A stretch of 63,085 bases of DNA, filler included, from Sanchytrium tribonematis (GCA_018985235.1; 14 parts of 14 records of this genome joined end to end with filler, not necessarily neighbours in it), one strand, 5' to 3'. Counted from the first letter of the whole stretch, positions 31,361-44,067 are shown. Notes: generated by a model not told the origin, from the sequence alone. A program made the numbers and translations.

Positions 31361-34300
31361 TATATCTGTGCAATGAATCCTACTAGTGGTAATTTCACTA
31401 TCAGCAAGAGATTACAACGACATTTTAGCATTTTAGTGTTAAATTCACCAAATGATGCAGATTTAAATCATATTTATGGCACTATTTTAAAGCAAGGCAA
31501 TCCTTTTTGTCAATCTAATACCACTCAAATACTGAATAGTGTCTTGAATATCCATAAAAGAGCCTGTATCCAATTTCTACCCACTGCTGTTAAATTTCAT
31601 TATATTTTCAATATGAGAGAATTAAGCAATGTGTTTCAAGGCATATTAGAAGCACCAGCACAAAATCAATCTGATATAATGAATATTGTACATCATGAAT
31701 GTATGAGAGTGTATTCAGATAGAATGATGACCAAGGAAGATCAAGAATCATTTTATAAATTAAATACTGAAATTATTTCTAAAGAATTTAATGATAAATT
31801 AACTAATGGCGTATTTAGCAAGTTTGCAAAAGGATTAGGAGATGGTAAATATCAACAATCTACTGTAGAATTGATTAGAAAGATCATGGAAGATGGATTA
31901 AATAATTATAATGAAATTAATTCACAAATGAATTTGGTGCTATTTGAAGACGCCATTAAGCATGTATGTCGCATTAATAGGATATTAGAATTCAATAGAG
32001 GGAATATTGTATTAGTTGGAGTTGGTGGAAGTGGCAAACAATCCTTGAGCAGATTGGCAAGTTTTTTAGCAAATCGAAATATTTATCAAATTAGTTTGAA
32101 AAAGGGATACAATGTGGTTGATTTTAAACTAGATTTGGCACAATTATTCATGAAATGTGGATTAAAAAAGCAACAAATGACATTTTTAATCACTGAATCA
32201 CATTTAATTGATGAAAAGATGTTAATTGTTATTAATGACTTTTTAGCCAGTGGAGATGTCCCACAACTATTTCAAGACGATGAGATTACTAATATTATTA
32301 ATGGGATGCGTACAGAAGTCAAACAAAAGGGATTAATGGACACCAATGAAAATTGTTGGAAATGCTTTATTGACACGGTCAAGTTGAATTTAAGATTGAT
32401 TATCTGTTTAAGTCCAGTGGGTGACAAATTAAGAAGGAGATGTAGAAGATTCCCTGCATTATTGAGCACCTACATGGATTGGTTTCATGGATGGCCAGAA
32501 GAAGCACTTTTCAGTGTGGCTCAGAAATTTATCAGTGAGATTGAATTGGTGCCATCTAAAATGAATGCAGTAGTGAGTAAATTCATGTGCTACTGGCAAA
32601 TGACACTAGATGACACAAATAAGAAATATTTGCAAATTGAAAAGAGATATAATTATGCAACTCCAAAATCATTTCTAGAGTATATTAATCTATTTAAAAT
32701 ACTATTAGAGAAGAAATATAATGAATTAAGTAAAGGTAAAGAGAGATTAGAGAATGGATTAAGTAAATTAAAAGCAACTTCAGAACAAGTGGATATTTTA
32801 AAGATGAAACTGGCAGATCAAGAAATAGACTTGAAAATCAAGAATGAGAATGCTGAAAAATTGATTAAAACTGTGGCTGAGAATACAGATAAAGTTAATA
32901 TGGAGAAAGCATTGGCAGATGAAGAAGAAAAGAAAGTGCAAGAATTTACTAAAATAGTGGAAGAAAAGAAATCTCAGTGTGAACAAGACTTGAAAGCAGC
33001 TGAACCAGCATTACAATCTGCTACAGAAGCATTAAATACTTTAAACAAATCCAATTTAACAGAATTAAAGTCATTTGGATCCCCATCTCAAGAAGTCGTG
33101 GATGTGGCTGCTGCTGTGATGATTTTACTGAGTCCTGCTAATAAAATAGCAAGAGATAGATCATGGAAAGCGTCAAAGGGAATGATGGCCAATGTAGACA
33201 GATTTCTAGATTCTTTAATTAATTTCAACAAAGAAGCGATAGATCAGTCAAATTTGGACGCATTGCAGCCCTATTTACAGAATCCTAATTTCAATGCTGA
33301 ATTCATCAAGAGTAAATCACAAGCAGCTGCTGGTTTATGCGGATGGGTGGTGAATATTGTAATTTATTATCATGTGTTTTGTGATGTGGAACCAAAGAGA
33401 AAAGCATTAAAAGAATCTACTGATCAATTAAATGAAGCACAGAGTAAATTGCAACAAGTTAAAAACAAGGTACAGCAATTGGATAATGATTTAATTGAAT
33501 TAAGAAGGAAATTTGAACAAGCCACAAATGATAAATTGAAATGTGAGCAAGAAGCCAAATCAACTCAAGAAACATTAGCACTAGCAGATAGATTGGTGAA
33601 TGGATTAAGCAGTGAAAGAAGCAGATGGGGAGATTCTATAGATTTATTCACTAAGTTGGAACAAACATTAGTTGGGGATGTTTTAACAAGTGCTGCATTT
33701 TTAGCAAGTGCGGGACCATTTACCAAGTACTATAGACTAGAATTATTACAGAAATATACTGCATTTCTTAAATCTGTGAATATCCAAACATCTGATAATT
33801 TTGATTTGATTAAATTTCTAGCAAATGAAGCAGATGTGGCTAAATGGAATAATGAAGGATTACCAAGGGATCCAGTGTCAATAGAAAATGCCCTCATGTT
33901 TACAAATAGCAGTAGATGGTGCTTGTTTATTGATCCACAGTTGCAATGTATTAATTGGCTAAAAAATAAATTACCAGATGCCCATTTAATACGCATTGGA
34001 AGCAAGGGATATCTGGATAAGATTGAGAAATGTGTAAGTGAAGGGATTATTTGCATTTTAGAGGATGTAAATGAGCAATTAGACCCAGTTTTAGATAATA
34101 TTATTTGTAACAATAAAATCAAGAAAAATAGATATTACATTTTAGGAGATAAGGAAGTGGAAATACACCCACAATTCAAATTGATTTTACAAACAAGACT
34201 GCCAAATCCACACTACACACCAGAGATACAAGCGCAAACTTGTTTAATTAACTTTACAGTCACTTTGGAGGGATTAGAAGATCAATTGCTTGCTGATGTA

Positions 34301-34471
34301 GTAAATGTAGAGAGAAGTGAATTAGAACAAAGTAGAGCTGAATTGACAAAACAACAAAATGAATTTAGGATCAAATTATTGGAGTTAGAAAATAATCTAT
34401 TAAATAAATTAAGCAGTGCCCAAGGCAACTTTTTAGGTGATACGACATTGGTAGAGAATCTAGAGATCACT
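31361..34471 (+). CDS. Axonemal dynein heavy chain, internal fragment (outer-arm beta, DNAH9/11/17-like)
   Basis: AMNPTSGNFTI, FLPTAVKFHYIFNMRELSNVFQG, AAA4 P-loop LVGVGGSGKQSLSRLA, stalk with DRSWKASK, FIDPQLQ, HYTPEIQAQT. Confidence 0.95.
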
Positions 34472-34571
34472 NNNNNNNNNNNNNNNNNNNNNNNNNNNNN
34501 NNNNNNNNNNNNNNNTTAATTAATTAANNNNNNNNNNNNNNNNNNNNNNNNNNNNNNNNNNNNNNNNNNNN

Positions 34572-34930
34572 TTATCTTTTAATAGTCGAATGGCTTCTAA
34601 ATATTGCATTCCAACACACTTCATATCTTGGGATCCTCTGGCATATATTTTATTATTAGAAATGGTGGCATCAAATGGTGGAAATGACCAATGTTCTTCA
34701 CTAACAGGGACGACATCTGTATGAGAATTGAATATAATGGATTGTTTGACTTGACCAGGCCAGATTAGTAAAATAATGGGCTTATTTTTCACCAATTCAA
34801 TGACTTTGTAGTCTAATCCGATTTCAGATGCTTGTTGTTTAAGAAATGATGCACATGATTGATAATCTGGATTTGGTTGGACTGTTTTGATTTGTAAATA
34901 TTGTTGAAATCGTTGAATGGGATCTGTCAT
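34572..34930 (-). CDS. ACY1: Aminoacylase-1 (M20), N-terminal part
   Basis: FQQYLQIKTVQPNPDY, NSHTDVVPV, IYARGSQDMKCVGMQYLEAIR. Confidence 0.92.
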
Positions 34931-34973
34931 TTTGATGCTTCAAGGAGTTGAATTGAAATAGCGACAAATAAAT

Positions 34974-36500
34974 TTATTCTTCCAATTTCCGCTTGCTATT
35001 GCCATGAATCCCTTCTGAATACGCTTCTTTCATACGTACTTTATTTTCATTGCTGGCTTCTTTATGATCTACCACTGGATTTGGATATTTGCAATCTGAT
35101 CCGTCTCCAATCAAGCAATTCCATTTCTTCTGCAAGTCTTTAGGTGCCATCCATGGATTATAAATATATTTAGCATTATAATCTTTTAATTGTGGCAAAT
35201 ATTTCTTGATAAATTCACCATTTTTATCATATTTTTGACCAAATGTAATTGGAGAATACACTCGGAAATACGCACTAAAATAAGCAGATGCACTCAACCA
35301 CATCCAATTTCCACCATTCATTGCAAAATCATGATCTACTAGCCACTTTTGGAATACTTTTAAACCGCCCTCCCAATTTTGATAGAGATCTCCTCGTGTC
35401 AAAAAACACGCTACAGAATGTCGTGCCAAATGATGAATCCACCCTTCAGTACGTAATTGAATCATAATAGCATCAATCCATGGAAATCCAGTTTGCCCAT
35501 TCGTCCATTTATCCAAATATTCCTGATTATCATCCCATTTAATTTGCAAACAAATTGGATTATCCTTCATTTTGTTATAATTTGGAATGGCATATGCTTG
35601 AGAATGAAAGAAATCCCTCCATAATAATTGCCCAATTAAACTCACAGGTGGTTTTGAATGATTTGAGTGATTTTCTAATATATCATTGACTTGCCAGTAA
35701 AATTGACGCACACTGAGAGATCCCCATGTTAAATGTGGGCTCAATATAGTAGTAGACGCATCTTTAATAAATCTAGCTGGACTCGTTTTGGGTTTCTCGA
35801 AATTGGCAACTTGTTTTTGATCTTTGCAATATTTGGTTAATTGCTCTAATGCCAGTGATTCTCCACCATGTAAAGATGTTGTAGGAGTTTCTTTAGTAAA
35901 TTCATCAATATTAAATAATGAAAAATCATGTTTTGGACCACTAAATGGCTTTGTTTTTTCATTTTTCAATAATTTGTCCATTTCTTGTGGTAATTGAGGA
36001 ATATTTGGAATTGGCAATGGATGGTCTGGAACGGGTAATTTATTCACTATAGAGCAAAATGATGCATATGTTTTTGGTAAATGCCCATTAAATTGAATTA
36101 CTTCTGCTGGTTTGTATAATAATCTGCCATGTGTCTCAATCACTTGAATATCCATTGATTTGCAAATATTAATGATTTTCAAGTCTCTATCACGCCCATG
36201 CATCTCAGATAACCCATCAAATGCCAAATGAGTGATTTGCCATTCTTTTAAAATGCATTTCAAGACATCTATCGCATCACCACGTGCTATAAATAACTTG
36301 GATTTGGATTTCTCTAATTGCTCATCCAAATTCTGTAAACATTCCTGTAAAAATTGCCATCTATTTGGCCCAATAGTAGTATGTTTACTCTGATGAACAA
36401 TATATAAAGGAATGACTTGTTCTGCTTGTTTAATTTGATGTAAAATCAGATTATCATGAAGTCCTAAATCACGACGAAGCCAATAAAGCACCCGTTTCAT
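34974..36500 (-). CDS. (6-4) photolyase / animal-type cryptochrome family protein
   Basis: WLRRDLGLHDN, LSPHLTWGSLS, SLIGQLLWRDFF, TGFPWIDAIM.QL..EGWIHHLARHSVACFLTRGDL, GNWMWLS. Confidence 0.95.
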   Translation of the reverse strand: MKRVLYWLRRDLGLHDNLILHQIKQAEQVIPLYIVHQSKHTTIGPNRWQFLQECLQNLDEQLEKSKSKLFIARGDAIDVLKCILKEWQITHLAFDGLSEMHGRDRDLKIINICKSMDIQVIETHGRLLYKPAEVIQFNGHLPKTYASFCSIVNKLPVPDHPLPIPNIPQLPQEMDKLLKNEKTKPFSGPKHDFSLFNIDEFTKETPTTSLHGGESLALEQLTKYCKDQKQVANFEKPKTSPARFIKDASTTILSPHLTWGSLSVRQFYWQVNDILENHSNHSKPPVSLIGQLLWRDFFHSQAYAIPNYNKMKDNPICLQIKWDDNQEYLDKWTNGQTGFPWIDAIMIQLRTEGWIHHLARHSVACFLTRGDLYQNWEGGLKVFQKWLVDHDFAMNGGNWMWLSASAYFSAYFRVYSPITFGQKYDKNGEFIKKYLPQLKDYNAKYIYNPWMAPKDLQKKWNCLIGDGSDCKYPNPVVDHKEASNENKVRMKEAYSEGIHGNSKRKLEE

Positions 36501-36596
36501 CCCAAATGCATTTTAGAGATGATTTTAAATCAATCATCGGCATGCATTCACGGGGTAAATTCATTCATCGACTATTTATTAATTACACATTGAGTG

Positions 36597-37061
36597 TTAC
36601 ATATTAAGTGTTTCTTGTGACAAATTACTACATTTCTCATTAATTGTATCATCTGATTTCATCAACCAACTCAATTGTGAGTGATATTCAACAACACATT
36701 GCTTATACAGTGTCATGCCATATCCAAATAACCCAGTTAATCCAATAAATCGCATTAATCCTTCTCCAAATTGCTGATTCATTTCACATTCCATCCCATT
36801 TAAAATCAACACCAACCCCACCAAATTCATCAATATGAATCCAATCATCATCCATTTCAATCGACATAACACGTAAATTAATTTATATTGTCTCATTTTA
36901 TAATTTCCATAAATACCCACAGATATTAAAAATAAACTTGAAATGATATTTAATGCTCTAAAACATGAATATTGGAACATATTTAATAGTCCTAATGATA
37001 TCATGCTTGTGTTGATGATGTAAATAGCATATTTAAGATCTGAGATATTCCAATCTTCCAT
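36597..37061 (-). CDS. Small four-TM hypothetical membrane protein
   Basis: 154-aa ORF with four hydrophobic segments. Confidence 0.55.
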   Translation of the reverse strand: MEDWNISDLKYAIYIINTSMISLGLLNMFQYSCFRALNIISSLFLISVGIYGNYKMRQYKLIYVLCRLKWMMIGFILMNLVGLVLILNGMECEMNQQFGEGLMRFIGLTGLFGYGMTLYKQCVVEYHSQLSWLMKSDDTINEKCSNLSQETLNM

Positions 37062-37106
37062 TTAAACTAATTTGAGACAGTGTTTTGAATTAAGATGGTA
37101 AATTTA

Positions 37107-37675
37107 TTAGACGCGAATTGCTCGCCCTCTTTGTTCCCCTAATGGTTTCTCGGGTTCTGATGGAAGATCGTTAAAATCAGGATCGGTAACCCCAGGCCTA
37201 TTCCAATTCTCCGAACCAATGTCTGGCGAATCACCAGCCTTCGATTGTGGCGAAACATTTTTCAAGTAAGTTTTGAAAGCTTGATGTCGATCAAAATCCA
37301 GATCTGCTGATAACGACAATTTTGATAGATACCCATAAAAGTTTGTTTTGATTTCATTATCTTTTAATTTTTTTACCAATTCGATATTTTTACGGTCTTC
37401 CGACTCATGATTGGTAATAAAAGCTTTATATGAGTCCCTATCCTTATCTGTCAATTTCGTACCTTGACCTAATACTTTTTTTCTGTTTATTTCAAGATTT
37501 GTGTAAAGATTTCCATAATATTTTATATTAGCATTTGCTTCGATCAATTGATGTGGATCGTCTTGAATCAATTTTAATATTTCAACTTTAACTGCCCCAA
37601 TTTTCATATTAAAAACTTTTTGGATCAACTGAGTATCAGAATAACTTGTCAAAGGATCTGCTGGTCGAATCAGGC
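37107..37675 (-). CDS. Hypothetical protein, 5' partial
   Basis: Long open frame near the contig edge. The stop is in TAATAAA. Confidence 0.55.
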
Positions 37676-37893
37676 NNNNNNNNNNNNNNNNNNNNNNNNN
37701 NNNNNNNNNNNNNNNNNNNTTAATTAATTAANNNNNNNNNNNNNNNNNNNNNNNNNNNNNNNNNNNNNNNNNNNNTGAATTGCTAGATCACGTAAAGCTT
37801 TTCTTTTAGTCTTTACCGGTGTCTGCTTTTTGTTTGCCATTTGTTTGTTACAAAAAATATTTACTGGATGGGTAAACACTTTATAAGTAAAAC

Positions 37894-38379
37894 ATGAATG
37901 TAATGAGTATATTGGAAAATATATCACATAAGAAAAGATATATCCCATTTTTCTTTGCATTTCAGTATTTTCGATATACTGATAATCCCAATGGAAATGC
38001 GCCTATTAAAGGCCATAATTTGTTGGATTGGGTTGCATGGATTTGGACTCAACACAGAAATGACATACCAGAGGAAGATAGAAATATCAATTTGGAAACA
38101 ATTGTTTTGATCTTTTCCAATTTATCTGTTCATTGGAATTCGTTTAGATTAACATATTTGGGTCTAAATGAAACTGAACCGGTAAGAGTTGAAGTATATC
38201 GCAAAGTATATTTGTTTTTGAAAGAAAAAGAAGAATTAGATCAGGTAATCTTAAAAATTGTCTGTCCAAGAGGTGGTCCATTTCAATGGACTTTGTCTTT
38301 AAGTTATTTCCAAAGACAAGTAATTCAATTTGAAGACAATGTCCAACCTGGTATCGGGGAAAGTGATGACAATGAATAA
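37894..38379 (+). CDS. Orphan hypothetical protein
   Basis: 161-aa ORF with the stop embedded in AATAAA. Confidence 0.5.
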   Translation: MNVMSILENISHKKRYIPFFFAFQYFRYTDNPNGNAPIKGHNLLDWVAWIWTQHRNDIPEEDRNINLETIVLIFSNLSVHWNSFRLTYLGLNETEPVRVEVYRKVYLFLKEKEELDQVILKIVCPRGGPFQWTLSLSYFQRQVIQFEDNVQPGIGESDDNE

Positions 38380-38398
38380 ATGCAGAATAGCAATTCAT

Positions 38399-38836
38399 TT
38401 ATTCTTGACATTCATCTGCATAGTGTCCATCTTGGTTACATCGATAACAAACAATAATTCTTTTACCGTTTGCATACGTTTTGGCTATACAGCTTCCAAT
38501 AAAATGACCAATTCTAAAACATCTCAAACAAGCATCTTGGGATGCTGCAATTTCTCTAAAGATTGCTAATTCGCTTGAAACGGGTAGTTCTATTTGAACA
38601 TAAGCACCTCCTCTGACATTTTCAATACCAAAGTCTCTCATGTACTTTTTAACCATGAAATCCTCATACAATTCATCTACGTTTTCAACTGTTTCTATTG
38701 TTTCTAATGGCTTGTATAACATTGTCCACTCGCATCCTTGGGTATTAAAATGTTGTTCAATTCGTTTTTCTAAATTCTTTGTCTTGCCAACGTAGTATTT
38801 ATCTTGATCAAGTTTCAATACGTATACGCTGGTCAT
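38399..38836 (-). CDS. GIY-YIG nuclease-domain protein with CCHC zinc knuckles
   Basis: VYVLKL..DKYYVGKT.NLEKRIEQH, KKYM..FGIENVRGG.Y, then CLRCFRIGHFIGSC and CYRCNQDGHYADEC. Confidence 0.88.
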   Translation of the reverse strand: MTSVYVLKLDQDKYYVGKTKNLEKRIEQHFNTQGCEWTMLYKPLETIETVENVDELYEDFMVKKYMRDFGIENVRGGAYVQIELPVSSELAIFREIAASQDACLRCFRIGHFIGSCIAKTYANGKRIIVCYRCNQDGHYADECQE

Positions 38837-38954
38837 TGGAATCTTCCCGTGTTTTGAAATGCTTAACTTCTTTTAAGCCCTATCCAGTGGCTTAACGTTG
38901 GAAGAAGAATACAAAGAATGAATCCAAGGAGGATATATTGAGACTGATAAAAAG

Positions 38955-39182
38955 ATGGATGAATTGAATGATTTAATAATCAAGAAACCTTTTCCATATT
39001 TCGAGACCGCATCGTTGCCATTACTAACAGTATTCCTGCAAGTAACAAGAGATAAACGAGAATTGATAAGAAAATATTATTTATTGGATAGCAATGTAGT
39101 TAGACCAAAAGAACGATTTGCATTTTACAAAGCTGCAGGTACACTGGTCGAGGAATGCCGGGTCAATTTTCAAATCTTTTAA
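38955..39182 (+). CDS. Small orphan ORF
   Basis: 75 aa with the stop in TAATAAA. Confidence 0.4.
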   Translation: MDELNDLIIKKPFPYFETASLPLLTVFLQVTRDKRELIRKYYLLDSNVVRPKERFAFYKAAGTLVEECRVNFQIF

Positions 39183-40973
39183 TAAATCTTATCTTTATTT
39201 TCGTTTCATTCCACGAATAAAAATCCATCCATTCCTTGCAGCAGCAACACCTCCCAAGGCACCTGATAAATTTAACTACATACTTAGTTTATATTTCAAC
39301 CAATATTTCATCTTTTCACAACAAGAAAGATCGCTTTTAAGAACTTCTTTAGACCAAAATGAATAATGCGAAACTGCATTGGTAGCTTTGGATAAGTTCT
39401 CTTCAATAATATGATGTTCGATAATCTCTTTATATGCAAATTTTCCCATTAATGTGATTTCTCTTAACTCTTTAACTTTTGGATGAATATCATCACATAC
39501 TGCTGGGTCCCATGAAATGTATAGATTCTGAAGTTTTGATTGAGATTTCAAATTTTTTTTCGCACAAATCCCATTGCAGATTGACAATATGCACAGATTT
39601 CCCTTCATCAAATCTATCCACTAAAAGAGATTTAGCTTCTTGTCAACCACTAAAAGGTGTGATTTGTCTCAAGCTCTTCTGGGAGAATTGCATCGGCTTT
39701 TCCAAGATATTCGGTCATGTTTAAATGTTGAAAATGAATTACCAAAATCTAGCTTACGCAGCGCAATCGACATGAAATCACCCTGGTCTAGCTTCCACAA
39801 TGTAAAAGCCATTAAAGTGTATAAACGGGTACACTGGGCTTGGAAATGGTCCCAGGAGTAAATTTTCGTGACTGGAGTAAACTTGGAGACTTGGTCTTTT
39901 AATTAAACGTGTATTTATTTTTTCAAAACATTTGACCAGACTCGATTTCACAGAGCGTGTCCCTATTATGTTGCAGGTTGAGGACTATATCTATCATCAT
40001 TCGATTCAAATTGCATCCGTCTTTCCTCAAAAATGAAACCTTTTGAAAACTAATTTAAATGATTTCATGGCATAAATACAAAGAGATATTCACCATAATA
40101 GAGAGTATTTTCAAAACAAGAAATTGTGATGCTAAAGTTCGTAATTATGTTCTTCACTGGGCACAGCAAGGATGCTTTGATGGTACGCCACTGCGACACA
40201 CCTTAATAATTGATATTGGATGCCATCGGTGCAAAAAATAGATCCTCGTCCAAAATTTATTTTTTATCAATGATGGCAAAAACGAATATTAAAAGGAGGT
40301 TCGAATGAATTGGAGACGAATTAAATACAAGTTCAGCAAGGGGCATACGATTGTGTTACAAATTCCCTTAATCAGCTATTAGACAGATGGGATACACGAC
40401 GAAGTGGAATGATAGAATCAATAAACGCTAACAATACAGTCACAATCAAGAGGCGTGGATTGTTAGAAAGAATCAATTTGAGCGATTGACTCTTGGTGAG
40501 GTCAGAGAGTCCCTAGTGAGTCAAATGACTCAAATGATACAGGGCTTGACGAAGAGGATTGATTGGATATACCACATAGGAAAAATTTGATAGATTAAAG
40601 GTAAACCAATAGTATTTATTCAGCAAACAAAATAAAATATATTTTCTTTATTGCGATAACGAGCGCTTGAAATGAAATTCAATAGCTTGAAGTTTTTGCT
40701 AGATGTCAAGTATGCGCACATCTCCAATTTATGTTTTTGTTGGTTTTGTCTTTAAATTTGTACAACTATTTGAATATCTCTAGCACATATTCAACTATTC
40801 TTGTAGCTGGGAAAATTTCGTGCTATTTGCTCGATGAACGCTGTATGTCTCACTATTTAGAAAGAATGGCAGGNNNNNNNNNNNNNNNNNNNNNNNNNNN
40901 NNNNNNNNNNNNNNNNNTTAATTAATTAANNNNNNNNNNNNNNNNNNNNNNNNNNNNNNNNNNNNNNNNNNNN

Positions 40974-41284
40974 TATAAATATGTAGTATCAGAGGTCCTT
41001 AAATAATAATGATAATATAGCTGGCCAATTTTAGATGCTATTTCTCCAATTTCGTATCTCTTTAGTTGGTATTCGTCATTTAAAAGTTGTCGATGCACTT
41101 GCTGAAATCTCCAAAGCCTTGAAAAAAGCTCAAATGTTTTTTGAAAATACGATTGCCACTGCTTATTCGTGCTTAATGGGCTTAGATCTCGTAACTGATT
41201 GAACAATTGATGAGATTTTTCGAGCATGTAGGTAAACTCGGAAACTATTTCGTTGCTGGCTTCCTTTGAATTTTCCTTCGACAT
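40974..41284 (-). CDS. SCAI: SCAI homolog, N-terminal part
   Basis: LEKSHQLFNQLRDL...QWQSYF.KTF..F.RLWRFQQ.HR...LKRYEIGEIASKIGQLYYHYYLRTS. Confidence 0.93.
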
Positions 41285-41322
41285 TGTATTAAAAATTAAT
41301 AGCCAAAAATTTATTTGATAAT

Positions 41323-41523
41323 TTACTTTCTTCTAAATTGCTTTAAATCTATATCGTAATTTTTTCTTATCTCATCGATGGGTTTTCTTCGATAAAAATT
41401 ATTATTCCAATCTAAATTGTATAGCTTACACACTGTATGAGCAGCTACAGGCGAGTCGGATTGAGACAAACCCATTGATTTAGTAAATTCTATTTGTGGT
41501 TGATTGAACGCATTTTTCAACAT
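41323..41523 (-). CDS. Possible 66-aa small protein
   Basis: An ATG at 41523 opens MLKNAFNQPQ...KQFRRK*. It fills the gap between SCAI and the next gene, and AATAAA follows. Confidence 0.35.
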   Translation of the reverse strand: MLKNAFNQPQIEFTKSMGLSQSDSPVAAHTVCKLYNLDWNNNFYRRKPIDEIRKNYDIDLKQFRRK

Positions 41524-41557
41524 TGATCTCCAAAGTTTGATATTCCTCCCGAAACGA

Positions 41558-42385
41558 ATGTCTCTTTCTTGGACTGAAATTGATGATGATACCGCACTAC
41601 CGAGCTTTACCACCGAGGAGAAGAACGGAAATTTTAAAGCGCCATTGAAAAAACCATCAAATTTGAAGCACGGGAAAGACAAGTTTGAAAAAGTGGATAA
41701 AGTTCAAAAAGAGAAGGAGGAATTTCAAAAATCATTAGAGGAAGAAATAATAAAATTAAGTACAGATACATCGAAGGAATCCTCAATCTCTAGCAGTAAG
41801 AGTCCTCCGAAAGAACCTCTGCAAGGATCACCTGCTAGGGAAAATCGAAACTTTCGGAACCGTAGCAATTCAAGAGAATCCGGACACAACCAACGAGGAA
41901 GGCGCCACAATAGGGGTAGAAATAATAGTCACAGAGGTCGTGGCCACTCATCTCCACAACAAGTTACGACAGGATGGACGACTAGAACATTTTCTGACAA
42001 ACATACGTCACCTATAAAAGAGTCTGAATCAAATCAGGTCTCCAGCCAATCTGTACCTATGATATCCTTGCAAGCAAATGGTGGTATTTTCAATTCAGTT
42101 GGAATTCCACTTCGTAGATCTGATATTGATGAAAAGACTTTATGCCAAGACCTTGGTGAATTAAGACTTGGAAAATCTAGGGAAGCAATTCAATTAAAGG
42201 AATTCATATCTGAAAGTAACGAGATCAAAGTTGTTCCTTTATACATCATCGATAAATCTGACCCGGCTGTTAAGGATTTGAAAACTGGTTGGCATTTTGT
42301 AAACTTAACGATTGATAATCGTGTCCCTATTACTGAAGGTGTATCTACTAACTTAAGTTCGATAGGCAATCAAAACAAAAAATAA
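41558..42385 (+). CDS. Hypothetical low-complexity protein with an RG/RN-rich tract
   Basis: First in-frame ATG is at 41558 (MSLSWTEIDDD). The stop is in AAATAAATAAA. Confidence 0.65.
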   Translation: MSLSWTEIDDDTALPSFTTEEKNGNFKAPLKKPSNLKHGKDKFEKVDKVQKEKEEFQKSLEEEIIKLSTDTSKESSISSSKSPPKEPLQGSPARENRNFRNRSNSRESGHNQRGRRHNRGRNNSHRGRGHSSPQQVTTGWTTRTFSDKHTSPIKESESNQVSSQSVPMISLQANGGIFNSVGIPLRRSDIDEKTLCQDLGELRLGKSREAIQLKEFISESNEIKVVPLYIIDKSDPAVKDLKTGWHFVNLTIDNRVPITEGVSTNLSSIGNQNKK

Positions 42386-42450
42386 ATAAATAACTTGATT
42401 GATTGGGTCCATCTTAATTTTGGAATTGTATAAATTACCCCTTGCACTCA

Positions 42451-44067
42451 ATGGGGATTTTTGCAATGAACAAGAAAACCTCGCATTTAAAATATGTGGA
42501 ATATCAGCGTCAACGACAATTAGAATTATTGAATTATATTAAGACATTTAGATTAAATACGATCCAAACAAAGAAATCGGTTCAAAATATCGTAGAAACA
42601 ATTCGCCTTGACCAGCAGCATATGAATCAAACTATTTTGCCTTCTCTTGACAAGGCAACTTCGATAGATCCTTTTATTGATGAATCTGTGCGATTAAAAC
42701 TTTCCGAAAAAACTTCTGAAAAATATGCTCAAACTCCTTGGATTGATGTTGATGATACTTTTGACACAATTAAAAATAGACATTCTGTTTCAAATGCTAC
42801 CAATCCAGAGGCTTTTTATTCAGAATCCAAGCTGAGGTCTAATGACTCTTCAACTGACGATGACTGTATATCTGAAAGTGATTTAAAAATGTATAAAGTT
42901 CTAAGAGAGGCTTCTAAATTAAGTATTGGAAGGTCTCTTGAGGGAAGCTCTGTCGTTAATTTCAAAAAGAAACAGGAAGTTGCTGCTTCCAAACAAAGTT
43001 TTACTGATTCAGCCATAGTGTTGAGTCAACAAAGTAGTTTATATAATCTTAATTCTTCGCCTTCAAATGATGTCCTTTATGAAGATTCTAGGCATTTGGA
43101 TGATGATTCGAATATCGAGAAAATAATAGAGAGCTATAGTGAACCAAATTCTCCAACAAAATCGGAAACGGAAATTGAATTACCACATATTGCGACTCAA
43201 AATCTTGTCCTAAAAAAAGAAAATAATATTAATATTAATGAAAAATACCCTGAAAATCTAAATGAAGATACTTCGAATATTCCAAACAATCCTGAATCCC
43301 TTTTACAAGAGTCTGATATAAAGGAAGGCGACCCTTTCGAGGAGCTGAGTCTTCAAAATATAAGAAATTCTATTTTTTCAAATTCGCAAAAGTCGGAATC
43401 CTCGATTTGCGGCTCTTCTAAGTCTGTATCTCCAACTTCGCTATCCACAGATTTGGAAAATTCAAATCAGCAAAGCCCGCAGTCTTCATTAACTAATTCC
43501 AATTTCGATATCTTTTTTCCAAAAGAAGACATTCTGCCTTTTCCAAGCGTAGATGGCGAAATCGAAAACCTAGAAGGATCAAATGGCCCAAACATTCAGA
43601 TATTGAAATTGGTAAAATGCGACAGGAGTATCGAAAAATCTAAGTTACCATCTCCTAGTAAAGAGGCGCTCTCATGTTCAGAAAGGAATAGCATTATTTC
43701 TAAGAGTGAAAATATAATAACTCTCTCCAAAGCGACCGATTTGAGAGTTAAGAAGCCTATCACACATGTCAATTTTGTCGATAAATCGGTCTTGTCAGGA
43801 ATTGATAAGAAGATTCCGCAATTAGCTGATGTTTCCATCGAAGAGAAGTCAACATCACTGGCAACTGCCGAGAAAGAATCTAGAGACGTTAAAATCGTTG
43901 AAAATCGAGAATCATCAACCGTGAGTAGTGGTGATGTTGAAAAAATATCGCAATTAGCTAGTGACGTGAAAATTGTTGAGAATCCAAAAACATCAACCTC
44001 GTTTAATGCCGATGAAAAAGAATCTCAATCATCTGCTGACAAGACTATTACCGATAATCCACATTCA
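42451..44067 (+). CDS. Hypothetical Ser/Glu-rich disordered protein, 3' partial
   Basis: Long ORF with imperfect internal repeats near the end (DVKIVEN x2, EKES x2). Confidence 0.65.
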
